DNA from: an uncultured delta proteobacterium
Lineage (GTDB): Bacteria > Desulfobacterota > Desulfobacteria > Desulfobacterales > JAFDCJ01
Assembly (NCBI GenBank): GCA_963769935.1
Contig: CAVYNY010000021.1
Location: 32,001-96,000, forward strand
Length of the DNA: 64,000 nucleotides
Reading direction: 5' to 3'
The translations under genes were made by a program, and so were the position numbers. Every line of letters starts with the position of its first letter. The stretch's first letter is position 1. This document shows positions 29,372 through 39,064 of the stretch, piece by piece. The notes under the pieces were generated by a model, which was given only the letters and a program-made list of their open reading frames with translations, did no database searches and was not told where the DNA came from.

Positions 29372-30685
29372 ATGAGAATGATAAATATCGGTCTGCTTGG
29401 TTGCGGTACGGTCGGTACCGGCGTGGCAAGGTTGCTTATCGAGAACCAGGAGCTGCTTACCGCCCGGGTGGGGGCAATTCTGAATTTAAAATGGGTGGCG
29501 GATATTGATATTGAAACCGATCGGGGTATTCGGCTCCCCGACGGTGCTTTAATTACCGATGCCCAAAAAGTAGTCAGCGACCCGGACATCGATATCGTTG
29601 TCGAAATGATCGGCGGCCAGGGGATCGCCAAGGATCTTATCCTTAAGGCAATTGAAAACGGCAAGCATGTCGTCACGGCCAATAAGGCGCTCCTGGCAAG
29701 CCAGGGCAACGAATTGTTCGCAGCGGCAGCGCAAAAAAACGTCGATCTGGCTTTCGAGGCCAGCGTCGGCGGATGTATGCCGACCATTAAATCGATGCGG
29801 GAATCGCTGGTTGGAAATCACATCAGGTCCATGACCGGCATTCTGAACGGCACCTGCAACTACATATTGTCCAAAATAACGGACGAGGGAATCACATTTG
29901 AAGAGGCTCTGGCCCAGGCGCAGGAACAGGGTTATGCCGAAGCAGACCCGACGCTGGATGTCGAAGGGTTCGATACCGCCCACAAACTATCCATCCTGTC
30001 GGCCCTGGCCTACGGCATGGAAATTAATTTGAAAGATGTCTATATTGAAGGGATTTCCAGGATTACACCGCTGGATATCGCCTTTGCCGAACAGTTCGGC
30101 TATCGGATCAAATTGCTGGCAATCAGCAAATTCCTGAATGACAGGGTGGAAGCCCGGGTGCATCCCACAATGATACCGTTTGACAATCTTCTGACCAACA
30201 TCACCGGTACCGTAAACGCCATCACGGTTTCCGGTGATGCCGTCGGTGATATTTTGCTGTATGGGCACGGCGCCGGCATGATGCCCACCGCCAGTGCCGT
30301 CGTAAGCGACATCGTCGACATTGTTCGCAATATTCTCTCCGGTGCCGTCAACCGGATCCCGGCCCTTTCCTATCAGCGGGACTGCATTCGCAAGATCCAG
30401 ATATTGCCCATTGATGAACTGGTGACCCACTATTATTTCAGATTTTCCGCTCTGGACCGGCCCGGAGTGCTTTCAACCATATCCGGAATTCTGGGAAAGC
30501 ACGATATCAGCATTCAATCTGTGCACCAAAAGGGTCGCAAAACCGATGGTTCCGTGCCCCTTGTGATGCTTTCCCATCGGGTTAAAGAGGCGGATGTGAA
30601 ACAGGCCTTGAGCGAAATCAGTGCTCTGGATGTGGTTGGCGGCGAACCGGTACTCATTCGAATCGAAGATGATGAGATGGATTGA
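29372..30685 (+). CDS. hom: Homoserine dehydrogenase with C-terminal ACT domain
   Basis: GCGTVGTG, VVTANKA, FEASVGG, GILNGT, YAEADPT, DRPGVL; start set at MRMINIG after AAGGAG. Confidence 0.96.
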   Translation: MRMINIGLLGCGTVGTGVARLLIENQELLTARVGAILNLKWVADIDIETDRGIRLPDGALITDAQKVVSDPDIDIVVEMIGGQGIAKDLILKAIENGKHVVTANKALLASQGNELFAAAAQKNVDLAFEASVGGCMPTIKSMRESLVGNHIRSMTGILNGTCNYILSKITDEGITFEEALAQAQEQGYAEADPTLDVEGFDTAHKLSILSALAYGMEINLKDVYIEGISRITPLDIAFAEQFGYRIKLLAISKFLNDRVEARVHPTMIPFDNLLTNITGTVNAITVSGDAVGDILLYGHGAGMMPTASAVVSDIVDIVRNILSGAVNRIPALSYQRDCIRKIQILPIDELVTHYYFRFSALDRPGVLSTISGILGKHDISIQSVHQKGRKTDGSVPLVMLSHRVKEADVKQALSEISALDVVGGEPVLIRIEDDEMD

Positions 30686-30758
30686 TTTGGGCTTATAGAG
30701 CTATCACAGCGACAAACTATTGTCGTTAATTAAAGCTGCTGTTAAGTCCTTCGAGGCC

Positions 30759-30800
30759 GATGCCGGATACTGGATACTGGATGCTTGTAGCTTGATACTA
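30759..30800. repeat. GATACTG-type heptamer array
   Basis: GATGCCG GATACTG GATACTG GATGCTT GTAGCTT GATACTA. Confidence 0.65.
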
Positions 30801-30862
30801 GATTGTAAATTGGACTTAATTATAGGAACTAAAATATATTTTTTTTAAGGATTAAAAAAAAT

Positions 30863-31471
30863 ATGGACCTTGTATGTTCGGATCTCGAAGGAATCTTTAC
30901 CCCGGAAATTTGGATTAATGTCGCTGAAATTACCGGTATCGAAGAACTCAGACTTACCACCAGGGATATATCTGATTATGATGTTCTGATGCAAAGACGA
31001 CTGGCCATTCTAAAAGAAAATAACTTAAAACTGGATGATATCCAGACGGTTATCGCCCAAATGGACCCCCTGGAAGGCGCCTTTGAATTTTTAAACTGGC
31101 TGCGGGCCTTGGTGCCGGTCATTATCGTGTCGGACACGTATGTCGAGTTTGCCGGTCCTTTGATAGAAAAACTGGGGCGCCCCACCCTTTTTTGCAACAC
31201 GCTTACGGTCGCTGAAGACGGGTCCATCAGCGGTTACAACCTGCGCCAGCCGGATGGCAAGAAAAAGGTGGCGCAAGCCTTGAAAACGCTGAATTACAGG
31301 GTGATCGCCATCGGGGACTCCTACAATGACATTACGATGCTCAAGGCTGCCGACCGTGCGATCCTCTACCGTCCACCGGACAATGTGGCAGCGGAACACC
31401 AGGAATTGCCAACCGCTTTTAACTATGAGGGATTGAAAGAACAGCTGCTTAAAATTTTGGACCACGGGTAG
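30863..31471 (+). CDS. thrH: Phosphoserine phosphatase / homoserine phosphotransferase ThrH
   Basis: DLEG..PEIWI, TTRDISDYDVLM, GDSYNDITML. Confidence 0.94.
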   Translation: MDLVCSDLEGIFTPEIWINVAEITGIEELRLTTRDISDYDVLMQRRLAILKENNLKLDDIQTVIAQMDPLEGAFEFLNWLRALVPVIIVSDTYVEFAGPLIEKLGRPTLFCNTLTVAEDGSISGYNLRQPDGKKKVAQALKTLNYRVIAIGDSYNDITMLKAADRAILYRPPDNVAAEHQELPTAFNYEGLKEQLLKILDHG

Positions 31472-31474
31472 TAT

Positions 31475-31625
31475 AATGCCGAACGCCGAATGCCGAATGT
31501 CGAATTATGGATTTAGCAGTTAGCCGGTTTGCCCGTTTGCCGGTCTTCCGGTTTGCCGGTTTGCCGAAACTGGTCAATGTGTCAACGTTCTACCGGGCCG
31601 ACGGGCTCAACGGGCCAACCCGTCT
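31475..31625. repeat. GAATGCC heptamers followed by the GTTTGCCG/CAACGGGCT element
   Basis: AATGCCGAACGCCGAATGCCGAATGTCGAATT; 31519-31625 homologous to 11693-11806. Confidence 0.75.
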
Positions 31626-31702
31626 CAGTGCAGGATTGAGGCAGATAAGCATGTCCTAAAAACACCTATTTTAATCAACCAGTTGTAGAAAGTCCGAGAC
31701 AT

Positions 31703-32113
31703 ATGTTCAGCCATCGCACGACTTACCGCGTTATCTACGGCGACACCGACAATATGGGGCAGGCCTACTACGGCAACTATTTTCGCTGGTTTGAAATCGG
31801 CCGCAGTGAAATGTTCAGATTCCTGGGACTGCCCTACAAAGCCGTAGAGGAGAACGGAATTTTCCTGCCGGTTGCCGAATCCTATTGTAAATATGCCATG
31901 CCCGCCAGATATGATGATGTTTTAATAATTGAAACGTCGCTTGACCCCGAAATTAAAGCCGGACTAAAATTCGACTATAAGATTCTCAAAGAAGATGGAA
32001 AGACCCTCATTGCTCGGGGGTATACAAAACACCCGTGTGTCAATACCGATGGCAAGGTGGTTCGACCGCCCGAATTTCTAAGAGAGGTTATCGCAAAAGT
32101 AGTTGCCGAATAG
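31703..32113 (+). CDS. YbgC/FadM-family acyl-CoA thioesterase
   Basis: YRVIYGDTDNMGQAYYGNYFRWFEIGR. Confidence 0.9.
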   Translation: MFSHRTTYRVIYGDTDNMGQAYYGNYFRWFEIGRSEMFRFLGLPYKAVEENGIFLPVAESYCKYAMPARYDDVLIIETSLDPEIKAGLKFDYKILKEDGKTLIARGYTKHPCVNTDGKVVRPPEFLREVIAKVVAE

Positions 32114-32133
32114 AACAAAAAGTATAAAGGCCT

Positions 32134-33600
32134 ATGAACTCAACCTCCGATATCGACCTTGCAAAATTTGAACAATGCCGCCTGCTGGTGGTAGGCGATC
32201 TGATGATCGATGAATATGTATGGGGCAGCGTGGATCGAATCTCTCCGGAAGCCCCGGTACAGGTGGTAGCGGTTGCGTCGGAGGAATACACCCTGGGGGG
32301 ATCGGGCAATGTGGCCAACAATCTGGTAACCCTGGGTGCCAACGTCGCTGTGCTCGGTGTCATCGGCCCCGGCAAAGACGGAAAATTGCTGCTGAATAAA
32401 TTACAGGATCTCGGCGTGGATACTCGGGGTGTTGTTCAGGAATCCGGCCGGCCGACAACCAAAAAGACACGGATCATTGCCGATCATCAGCAGGTGCTGC
32501 GCATCGATCGCGAGACAAAAAAGAAAATATCCGCGGATACATTCAACGCCCTTATCGAACTGGCAAAGAAAATCGTCCCTACGGTGGATGTGATCCTGAT
32601 TTCAGATTACGGTAAAGGCTTGGTCACACGCGATCTGATCGCCCATCTGGTGACACTGGCCGGTACTCACGGCAAAATTTCGATAGCCGATCCCAAGGGC
32701 TTGGATTTTAAGAAGTATGCAGGTGTCTCGGTGCTGACCCCCAACAAAAGAGAAGCCTCGCTGGCGGCCGGGGTGGAGATCGTGAATGAAAAAAGTCTCG
32801 CCGCGGCCGGTGCCGGATTGCTTCAAAAATCCGGCGCCGACAAGCTGTTGATCACCTGCGGTAAGGACGGAATGGTATTTTTCGAACCGGGCTGCAAGCC
32901 GTATAAAATCAGCACCCATGCGCGGGAAGTCTATGATGTATCCGGGGCCGGCGATACCGTGATCGCCGTGCTGGGTCTCGGACTGGCCGCCGGCCTGACC
33001 TTTAAAAAGGCGATCGGACTGGCCAACACCGCCGCCGGCATAGTGGTCGGTAAAGTGGGAACGGCAACAGTCACGCCCAAAGAGCTGGCCCTGGCTCTCA
33101 AACAGGCCGCCGAGGACACCGCTGTCAAGTACAAGACGCTGGATGAGCTGGCAGATATTTGCAAAAAGCTGCACATCGATCGCAAACGAATTGTTCTGAC
33201 CAACGGCTGTTTCGACCTGTTACACGTGGGCCATATCAAGCTTTTTTCGGCATCCAAGCAGCTCGGCGACCTGCTGATCGTTGCTATCGACGACGACGAC
33301 TCCGTCAGACGCCTGAAGGGCGCTGAGCGGCCCGTCATCAGTTCCACGGAGCGGGTGGGCCTCCTCAGCGCCCTGAACAGTGTGGATTATGTGGTGGTTT
33401 TTGCAACCGGCGAATTGGAAAAAGTCATTGAATCCGTTCGGCCCGATGTGCTGACCAAAGGCAGCAACTATGAGTCGGAAGAAGTTCAGGGTCGCCGGAT
33501 CGTTGAAAAGTTAGGCGGCCGGGTGGAACTGATTCCCATCACCGAAAACATCTCCTCCAGTCAGATAATTAACAATATTAAACAAAAGCTAAAAAGATAG
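32134..33600 (+). CDS. hldE: Bifunctional ADP-heptose synthase (kinase/adenylyltransferase)
   Basis: RISPEAPV, SDYGKG, DVSGAGDTV, TNGCFDLLHVGH. Confidence 0.95.
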   Translation: MNSTSDIDLAKFEQCRLLVVGDLMIDEYVWGSVDRISPEAPVQVVAVASEEYTLGGSGNVANNLVTLGANVAVLGVIGPGKDGKLLLNKLQDLGVDTRGVVQESGRPTTKKTRIIADHQQVLRIDRETKKKISADTFNALIELAKKIVPTVDVILISDYGKGLVTRDLIAHLVTLAGTHGKISIADPKGLDFKKYAGVSVLTPNKREASLAAGVEIVNEKSLAAAGAGLLQKSGADKLLITCGKDGMVFFEPGCKPYKISTHAREVYDVSGAGDTVIAVLGLGLAAGLTFKKAIGLANTAAGIVVGKVGTATVTPKELALALKQAAEDTAVKYKTLDELADICKKLHIDRKRIVLTNGCFDLLHVGHIKLFSASKQLGDLLIVAIDDDDSVRRLKGAERPVISSTERVGLLSALNSVDYVVVFATGELEKVIESVRPDVLTKGSNYESEEVQGRRIVEKLGGRVELIPITENISSSQIINNIKQKLKR

Positions 33601-33611
33601 AACCCTTCCAA

Positions 33612-33974
33612 ATGAAATGTTCGGGTGTAAATTTGGACAGCGCAAATAAAGACGGATTAAGCGTTCGAAGAAGTCCTCAAGGAATTGTATTTAAGGTCCT
33701 CGTCCAGCCGAAAGCATCAAAAAACATGATCATCGGACTCTATGGCGATGCCCTGAAAATCAAGCTGACCGCTCCACCGGTAGACAACGCCGCCAACATG
33801 ATGTGCGTAAAATTTCTGGCCAAGGCTTTAAACGTCGCCAAATCCTCGCTCGATATCATCGCCGGTCACACCAGCCGCAATAAGCAGGTGTTATTGAAAG
33901 CGGGCCAGGGCAGCATCACCGCCGAAGAGTATAATCGTCTTGAGCAGCTCATCGAAAAAATAGCCCGCCCTTAA
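33612..33974 (+). CDS. DUF167/YggU family protein
   Basis: VQPKAS, LKIKLTAPPVDNAAN, GHTSRNK. Confidence 0.9.
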   Translation: MKCSGVNLDSANKDGLSVRRSPQGIVFKVLVQPKASKNMIIGLYGDALKIKLTAPPVDNAANMMCVKFLAKALNVAKSSLDIIAGHTSRNKQVLLKAGQGSITAEEYNRLEQLIEKIARP

Positions 33975-34237
33975 ATTAATCACCCCATCCTGAAAAATTT
34001 GCGTATATAGGCGCGGCGGTTGACTCGACCCCTGTGATATGGAAAGCCGCAGCTTGGGATCTGGGGAAAAGTATGTTCCTGCATGCTGTTAAGCAGGCTA
34101 AAGCGGATCAGTTCACAATTGAAGGCACCGCATGGATTAATTAATCCGCCGGACCTTCGATCGAACGACCTTCTTCATGTTTCAAAAAACAATTTGCAAC
34201 CCGTAAAACAATATTTTTAAGGGCGGAGTAATTAAAG

Positions 34238-34266
34238 TTGACAGAAACCCCTTGACTAATTACTAT
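34238..34266 (+). promoter_or_regulatory. sigma70-type promoter for the tRNA gene
   Basis: TTGACA-N17-TACTAT. Confidence 0.7.
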
Positions 34267-34299
34267 TGATCCATTAAAGATGATCTTAAAAAAAAATGA

Positions 34300-34376
<77 letters not shown>

Positions 34377-34382
34377 ATAATT

Positions 34383-34420
34383 AAAAAAGGGTTTAGAAAA
34401 TTTTCTAGACCTTTTTTTTT
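34383..34420 (+). terminator. Intrinsic terminator-like hairpin after the tRNA
   Basis: AAAAAAGGGTTTAGAAAA/TTTTCTAGACCTTTTTTTTT. Confidence 0.65.
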
Positions 34421-34703
34421 AAATTTTGGGCCGATTCCGGACCTATTGATAGACCCAACACGATGACTTGGATTTCGGTCATATTCGTCAAAAATCTAGT
34501 ATTTTTTCCTCTTTCCTTTTCACGTCTCCTGCTTATTATATATGTATTTCCAATTCTTCTTCAACAAAGGAGAAATCACCTTGGATCTGATCAGACGCAC
34601 CTTCGGCAACTGGACGTCGGCTGCTATCCTCGCCGCAAGCGTTTTCGCGGGTGGAAGAGATGCCGCCGAACATTCCCGCAGGCAGGTTCAATGAGGCGGA
34701 AGC

Positions 34704-35006
34704 ATGAGCAAAAAATTAATATCAACGATATTCATGGCGGCTTTTATCGGCCTGTTTGTTATGCGGCCCGATTTATCGGCTCTGGATTCAGCACAATCTC
34801 TTGAGTGCGACGGCGGCACAGTTGTAGTTGGAGACACGGAAGACAGCGTCCGGGATAAATGCGGCGACCCTCAGAAAGTGACCCGGGAAGATGCAGCCTC
34901 TCCCGTTGTCTGGTATTACAATTTCGGTCCCACTGAGTTTGTTTATTATGTGACCTTTACGGACGGAGTTGTGATACTCATCCAAGTGGGAGGTTATGGC
35001 GACTAA
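34704..35006 (+). CDS. DUF2845-like exported protein
   Basis: Signal peptide; LEC.G..V..GD....V..KCGDP...WYYNFGP..F...VTF.DG. Confidence 0.8.
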   Translation: MSKKLISTIFMAAFIGLFVMRPDLSALDSAQSLECDGGTVVVGDTEDSVRDKCGDPQKVTREDAASPVVWYYNFGPTEFVYYVTFTDGVVILIQVGGYGD

Positions 35007-35161
35007 GGGCTCACTCAAAAATAACTCCACATTTTATACGCCGCTGCATCCCACCTGGCGCGTTGCGAAAGCTCGGAATATCCAGATATTCCTGCGTTTT
35101 CGCGCCTTGCCAGCCGGGCGCCGCAACGCCTAAAATTGTGAACTAATTTTTTGCTGAACCC
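35007..35161. mobile_element. MITE-like element, copy 2 (155 bp), TAA target duplication
   Basis: Reverse-complement homolog of 1791-1946; TAA at 35004-35006 (stop of the upstream gene) and at 35162-35164. Confidence 0.8.
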
Positions 35162-35297
35162 TAAGGAGCACGGCCGGGATACGGCCGCGCCCGCTCAGGC
35201 GCCATCGGGCGGCGCCGAATCGAGGATGCGACCTTAAATTCCTTTAAAATTCTCAGAACGATGCAGGAGGCTGCATCGAGGCCACAAGGAGTTTATT

Positions 35298-35582
35298 ATG
35301 AAAAAAAGAAATGCTTTTTTCTTAATTCCGGCAGTAATTTTGATTGTTTTTTTGCATCTTGATGCTGCTGTTGCTGCGGAAGAGGCATCTTCCATCATGT
35401 GCGACAACGGGGTCGTAAACATCGGGGACATGGATGTTACGGTTCAGGACACCTGCGGCGAACCCAACAGCAAGGGCATGAACGAGTGGGTGTACAATTT
35501 TGGCCCGGATCAACCCGTTTACACCCTGATATTTAAGGACGGCCAATTGGTAAAAATCCTGGAAAACGAATGGGGCAGTTAG
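35298..35582 (+). CDS. DUF2845-like exported protein (paralog)
   Basis: Signal peptide; IMCDNGVVNIGD...TCGEP...WVYNFGP. Confidence 0.8.
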   Translation: MKKRNAFFLIPAVILIVFLHLDAAVAAEEASSIMCDNGVVNIGDMDVTVQDTCGEPNSKGMNEWVYNFGPDQPVYTLIFKDGQLVKILENEWGS

Positions 35583-35658
35583 ACGAGCAGGTCGCACATC
35601 TCAGCCGCGCTGCGTAGGTGCTTAAAAGTAAAGTTTTTGCATTTTCCGTAAGAAATAT

Positions 35659-35730
35659 TCTCGCAAAGGCGCAAAGACGCCAAGTTTAACTTGATAAAAT
35701 TACCTCTGCGAGCTTTGCGCCTTTGCGAGA
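35659..35730. repeat. CGCAAAG tandem-unit hairpin element
   Basis: TCTCGCAAAGGCGCAAAGACGCCAAG...CTCTGCGAGCTTTGCGCCTTTGCGAGA. Confidence 0.8.
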
Positions 35731-35816
35731 GACCAATTCGGTTACGGTTCATCCGGGTTAGAGGCTTCGAAAACGTATTCGCTAAAGCGACTAGCGGAGG
35801 TCATATCAAAAACCGA

Positions 35817-36281
35817 TCATTTTATATCAATAACCAGCGGCAATTCAATTGCCACAGGATCTCCCACCTCAATTTCATGTCTTTTAAACCAGCCCTGATT
35901 CACTTCAAGCGCATACTTGGCCGGCCCGGATGAGGGATATAAAACATCGGTCTGCATTGGAGCCATATCCTGGATGTTTATGATTTTCCCGGAATCGTCG
36001 AGAAAGGCAATCGAAAGCGGAATTTGGGTGTCTTTCATCCAGAAAGTTTCCGGACGCGATTCCGGAAAGATGAACAACATGCCCTGATTCTGCGGCAGGT
36101 CCTCGCGCTGAGACAACCCGCAGGATCTCGCTGCGGGTGTGGCAGCCAACTCAACTGTGAGCATATGGCCATTGATTGAAATAGTGGCGGTCGGCAGTTC
36201 CAAGGGACAAACCAGCGTCTTTGCCGGTGAGGCAATTAGAATAAGAGAGAATCCGATTATTGTACCAAATAATTTTATCAT
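35817..36281 (-). CDS. DUF192 family protein
   Basis: VELA.TP..R..GL, GMLFIF, FWMKDT.IPLSIAF, YALEVNQGWF. Confidence 0.92.
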   Translation of the reverse strand: MIKLFGTIIGFSLILIASPAKTLVCPLELPTATISINGHMLTVELAATPAARSCGLSQREDLPQNQGMLFIFPESRPETFWMKDTQIPLSIAFLDDSGKIINIQDMAPMQTDVLYPSSGPAKYALEVNQGWFKRHEIEVGDPVAIELPLVIDIK

Positions 36282-36302
36282 GCCAAAACAGCGAGAGGAC
36301 TG

Positions 36303-36376
36303 GTGGAAGCTGGTTTCAATCGCGATTTGTGAGTTTTGCTCTTACCGCGTTCATCGCGGCTGCAAGCCGCTCCCAC
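36303..36376. repeat. Inverted REP pair (REPIN-like), GTGG type
   Basis: Right copy reads GTGGGAGCGGCTTGCAGCCGCGAT on the minus strand; degenerate left copy GTGGAAGCTGGTTTCAATCGCGAT. Confidence 0.65.
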
Positions 36377-36593
36377 CACACAAAAACATTTTAGGCACCA
36401 GTATTGAGGGTTAACTCCGTCCGCAAAGCGGCGCATGGGGTCGTCTCAAATTGTAGTATTTTGTCCTTACACTAGATTATGATTAATGGCAAGACGTTAG
36501 CTAAAGCCTGAAATTAGATGTTTGAATTTCTTGATATTTTGAGGATTTTATCTTAAAATAAAAGTATCAATTATTCAGTCTCGGGAGGAAATC

Positions 36594-37361
36594 ATGAAGA
36601 AATCCGTCTTGCTGGCTGGTCTCATCTTTATGCTGTCCATGCCGGCGGCATCGTTCGGTTTTGGATTCGAATTTGCCCTGGGTACCTGGTTAGAGCAACC
36701 GAGCGGCACGCTTTCCTATGATAGTTCGTCCAGTGCGGACGATTTGAGTCTGCAAAATGACCTCAACTATGATGATAAGTGGCAGCCCACAGGCCGGCTT
36801 AAAATAGATATGCCCGCCATTATTCCAAATATTTATCTGATGTATACGCCCATGAAATGGAATGAAACCGGCAGCAAGAATACAAGTTTCACCTTCGGCG
36901 ACGAAACGTTTGCAGCCAATGAGAATTTTAAATCGGAATTAAAAATGGATCACCTGGATTTCGCACTGTATTACGGCCTGCCGGGTGTTCGGACAGCCAC
37001 CGCGGATGTATTGAATATAGACCTCGGTCTGAATTTCAGGCTCATGGATTTCAAAGCCGAAATCAATCAGCAGGACACCGGACTAAAAGCGTCGGAAAGC
37101 TATTTTCTGCCGATTCCGATGATTTATGGCGCAATGCAGATCGAGCCCGTAAATTGGATAGCGCTGGATTTTGAGGGACGGGGAACCGGCTATAAATCAG
37201 ATTATTATATCAGCCTGATTGGAAGACTAAAGATAATGCCCTTCGGGCCGCTGTTTATCGCGGGCGGGTATCGGTACGATAGTATTAAAATAGATTATAA
37301 AGACGTTGATGTTGATGCCGAATTTCGCGGGCCCATAGCTGAAATCGGCTTTAACTTTTAA
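36594..37361 (+). CDS. Outer-membrane beta-barrel protein (TIGR04219-like)
   Basis: Signal peptide, IPNI.L.YT, D..LYY, IPMIY, GGYR, C-terminal GFNF. Confidence 0.8.
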   Translation: MKKSVLLAGLIFMLSMPAASFGFGFEFALGTWLEQPSGTLSYDSSSSADDLSLQNDLNYDDKWQPTGRLKIDMPAIIPNIYLMYTPMKWNETGSKNTSFTFGDETFAANENFKSELKMDHLDFALYYGLPGVRTATADVLNIDLGLNFRLMDFKAEINQQDTGLKASESYFLPIPMIYGAMQIEPVNWIALDFEGRGTGYKSDYYISLIGRLKIMPFGPLFIAGGYRYDSIKIDYKDVDVDAEFRGPIAEIGFNF

Positions 37362-37365
37362 GCAC

Positions 37366-38955
37366 CTAACCGGCCTTGTACATCCATTCCAATTCATCTT
37401 CGGGCGTAAGCCGCACCTGCAGATGTCCGCGCCAGGTTTCATCATCCTGGAAAGGATAGTCCTCTCGAAAATGGGCTCCCCGGCTTTCTTTCCGGCGCAG
37501 AGCCCCCTGCAAAATAAGTTCGGCAGTTTGGGCGGCAAACCGCAATTCAAGATTTCGTTGCACCTGACGCGGATCGTCTGGGATGGGCATAGCAGCCACC
37601 TCCGCTTTGATCGCCGCAACCGCATTGATGGCCCGGATCAGACCTGATTCGTTTCTCAGTATGCCGCCATCGTTCCACATAACCTGACGCAGTTCGACCA
37701 TCAGGCGGGATGTGTTCAGTGCGGCCTTGGTGCGCGTCGATCCAAAAGCAGGTTCGCTTATTTCTTTAATCGATTCCCCAGCCATGCCGGTGGAGATATT
37801 TTTGGCCCAATCCCCGGCAGCCCGCCCTGCCCTCGCACCAAAAACAATAGTTTCAGTCAGGGCATTGCCCCCCCTGCGATTGGCCCCGTGCAATCCGCCG
37901 GTTACCTCTCCGGCTGCGAATAACCCCGGCACAGAGGTCGCCCCCTGAGCGTCTGTGCATATGCCGCCCATCACGTGGTGGGCTAAAGGTGAAATTCTTA
38001 TCGGCCGGTGTTTGGCGCCATAGCGTTCCCCTAAAATAATCCGGGTGGAAGCCGAAAATGGTTCGGCATTCCACTGCGCATCCGTGACATCGCGCAGATC
38101 CAGCCAAACATCCATTCCGCTTCGAAATGTTTCCAGGTACAGGGCCTGGGAGAGACGGTCCCTGGCTCGGATGCCTGCCGGGCGCTCGGTTATGGCGTAT
38201 TTATCATATACGTTCTCATTGCGGTCATTGTACAATCGTCCGAAATCGGCCAGCCGCGGTGGAATTAAAAACGCCGGATATCCCGGCTCCGCCAGGCCTA
38301 ACGGATAAAATTGCACAAATTCCATATCCCGCAAAACAGCTCCGGCGTGAAGCGCCAGACTATAACCGTCTCCCAGCATCCGCTTGGGATTGTCATGCCG
38401 AAAATATAACCCTCCGGCGCCTCCGGCAGCCAATACAACAGCATTGGCCCGAATGGTAAGCCATTTGTTTGTTGCCGACGAATACGCCAACACATCCCAT
38501 AATCCCTGATCGGTTTTCAAATCCGTCGCCAGAAGTCCGCTTAAAAAGTGGATCCCCAGCCCTCGGGCTTGGCGTGCCAGACAGTTGACTATTTCCTCGC
38601 CCCAGATAGGCGCGCGTCCCTCGGAAATAAGATTGCCCTCGTGAAAACTCCCCTTTATGCCCCAATCGACCAGCTCCGCCAACCGCTTGGGGCCTTCTGC
38701 AACCAGAATCTCCACCAGTTCGCGCTGATTGATGCCGCGACCGGCCTGTAGGGTCTGCTTCATATGTTTCTCCGGTGAGTCTCCTTGGCGAGTTCCGGCA
38801 AATACGCCCCCACTTAAAATAGTGCAGGTTCCCTTACCGGGAGATCCCTTTGATATCACTCCAACCCCAAGCCCCCTGTCTCTCGCTTCAATAGCTGCTC
38901 TAAGGCCTGCTGCACCGCTTCCGATCACCAGGACTTCAAATTTAAAATTTTCCAA
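37366..38955 (-). CDS. SdhA/FrdA/NadB-family flavoprotein
   Basis: IGSGAAGL, DMEFVQFYP, AHHVMGG, AAGEV.GGLHGANRRGGNAL, RKESRGAHFREDYP. Confidence 0.88.
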   Translation of the reverse strand: MENFKFEVLVIGSGAAGLRAAIEARDRGLGVGVISKGSPGKGTCTILSGGVFAGTRQGDSPEKHMKQTLQAGRGINQRELVEILVAEGPKRLAELVDWGIKGSFHEGNLISEGRAPIWGEEIVNCLARQARGLGIHFLSGLLATDLKTDQGLWDVLAYSSATNKWLTIRANAVVLAAGGAGGLYFRHDNPKRMLGDGYSLALHAGAVLRDMEFVQFYPLGLAEPGYPAFLIPPRLADFGRLYNDRNENVYDKYAITERPAGIRARDRLSQALYLETFRSGMDVWLDLRDVTDAQWNAEPFSASTRIILGERYGAKHRPIRISPLAHHVMGGICTDAQGATSVPGLFAAGEVTGGLHGANRRGGNALTETIVFGARAGRAAGDWAKNISTGMAGESIKEISEPAFGSTRTKAALNTSRLMVELRQVMWNDGGILRNESGLIRAINAVAAIKAEVAAMPIPDDPRQVQRNLELRFAAQTAELILQGALRRKESRGAHFREDYPFQDDETWRGHLQVRLTPEDELEWMYKAG

Positions 38956-39064
38956 AATTCTATCCTTCGTTGAGTTTGAGTTTTTGGATTATTTAGGATA
39001 TCATATATATAAAATAATTGCCGTAACTTAAAAAGAGATTATTTTGAAAAATGGAATCCGCTTT

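Noticed and set aside
34692..34694. TGA as selenocysteine fusing the short ORF to the DUF2845-like gene
   Set aside because: No Cys/redox context, no SECIS-like hairpin downstream, and the downstream gene has its own signal peptide.
34377..37361. Possible integrative island at the tRNA-fMet 3' end
   Set aside because: No integrase and no repeat of the tRNA 3' end found; the genes are ordinary small exported proteins.
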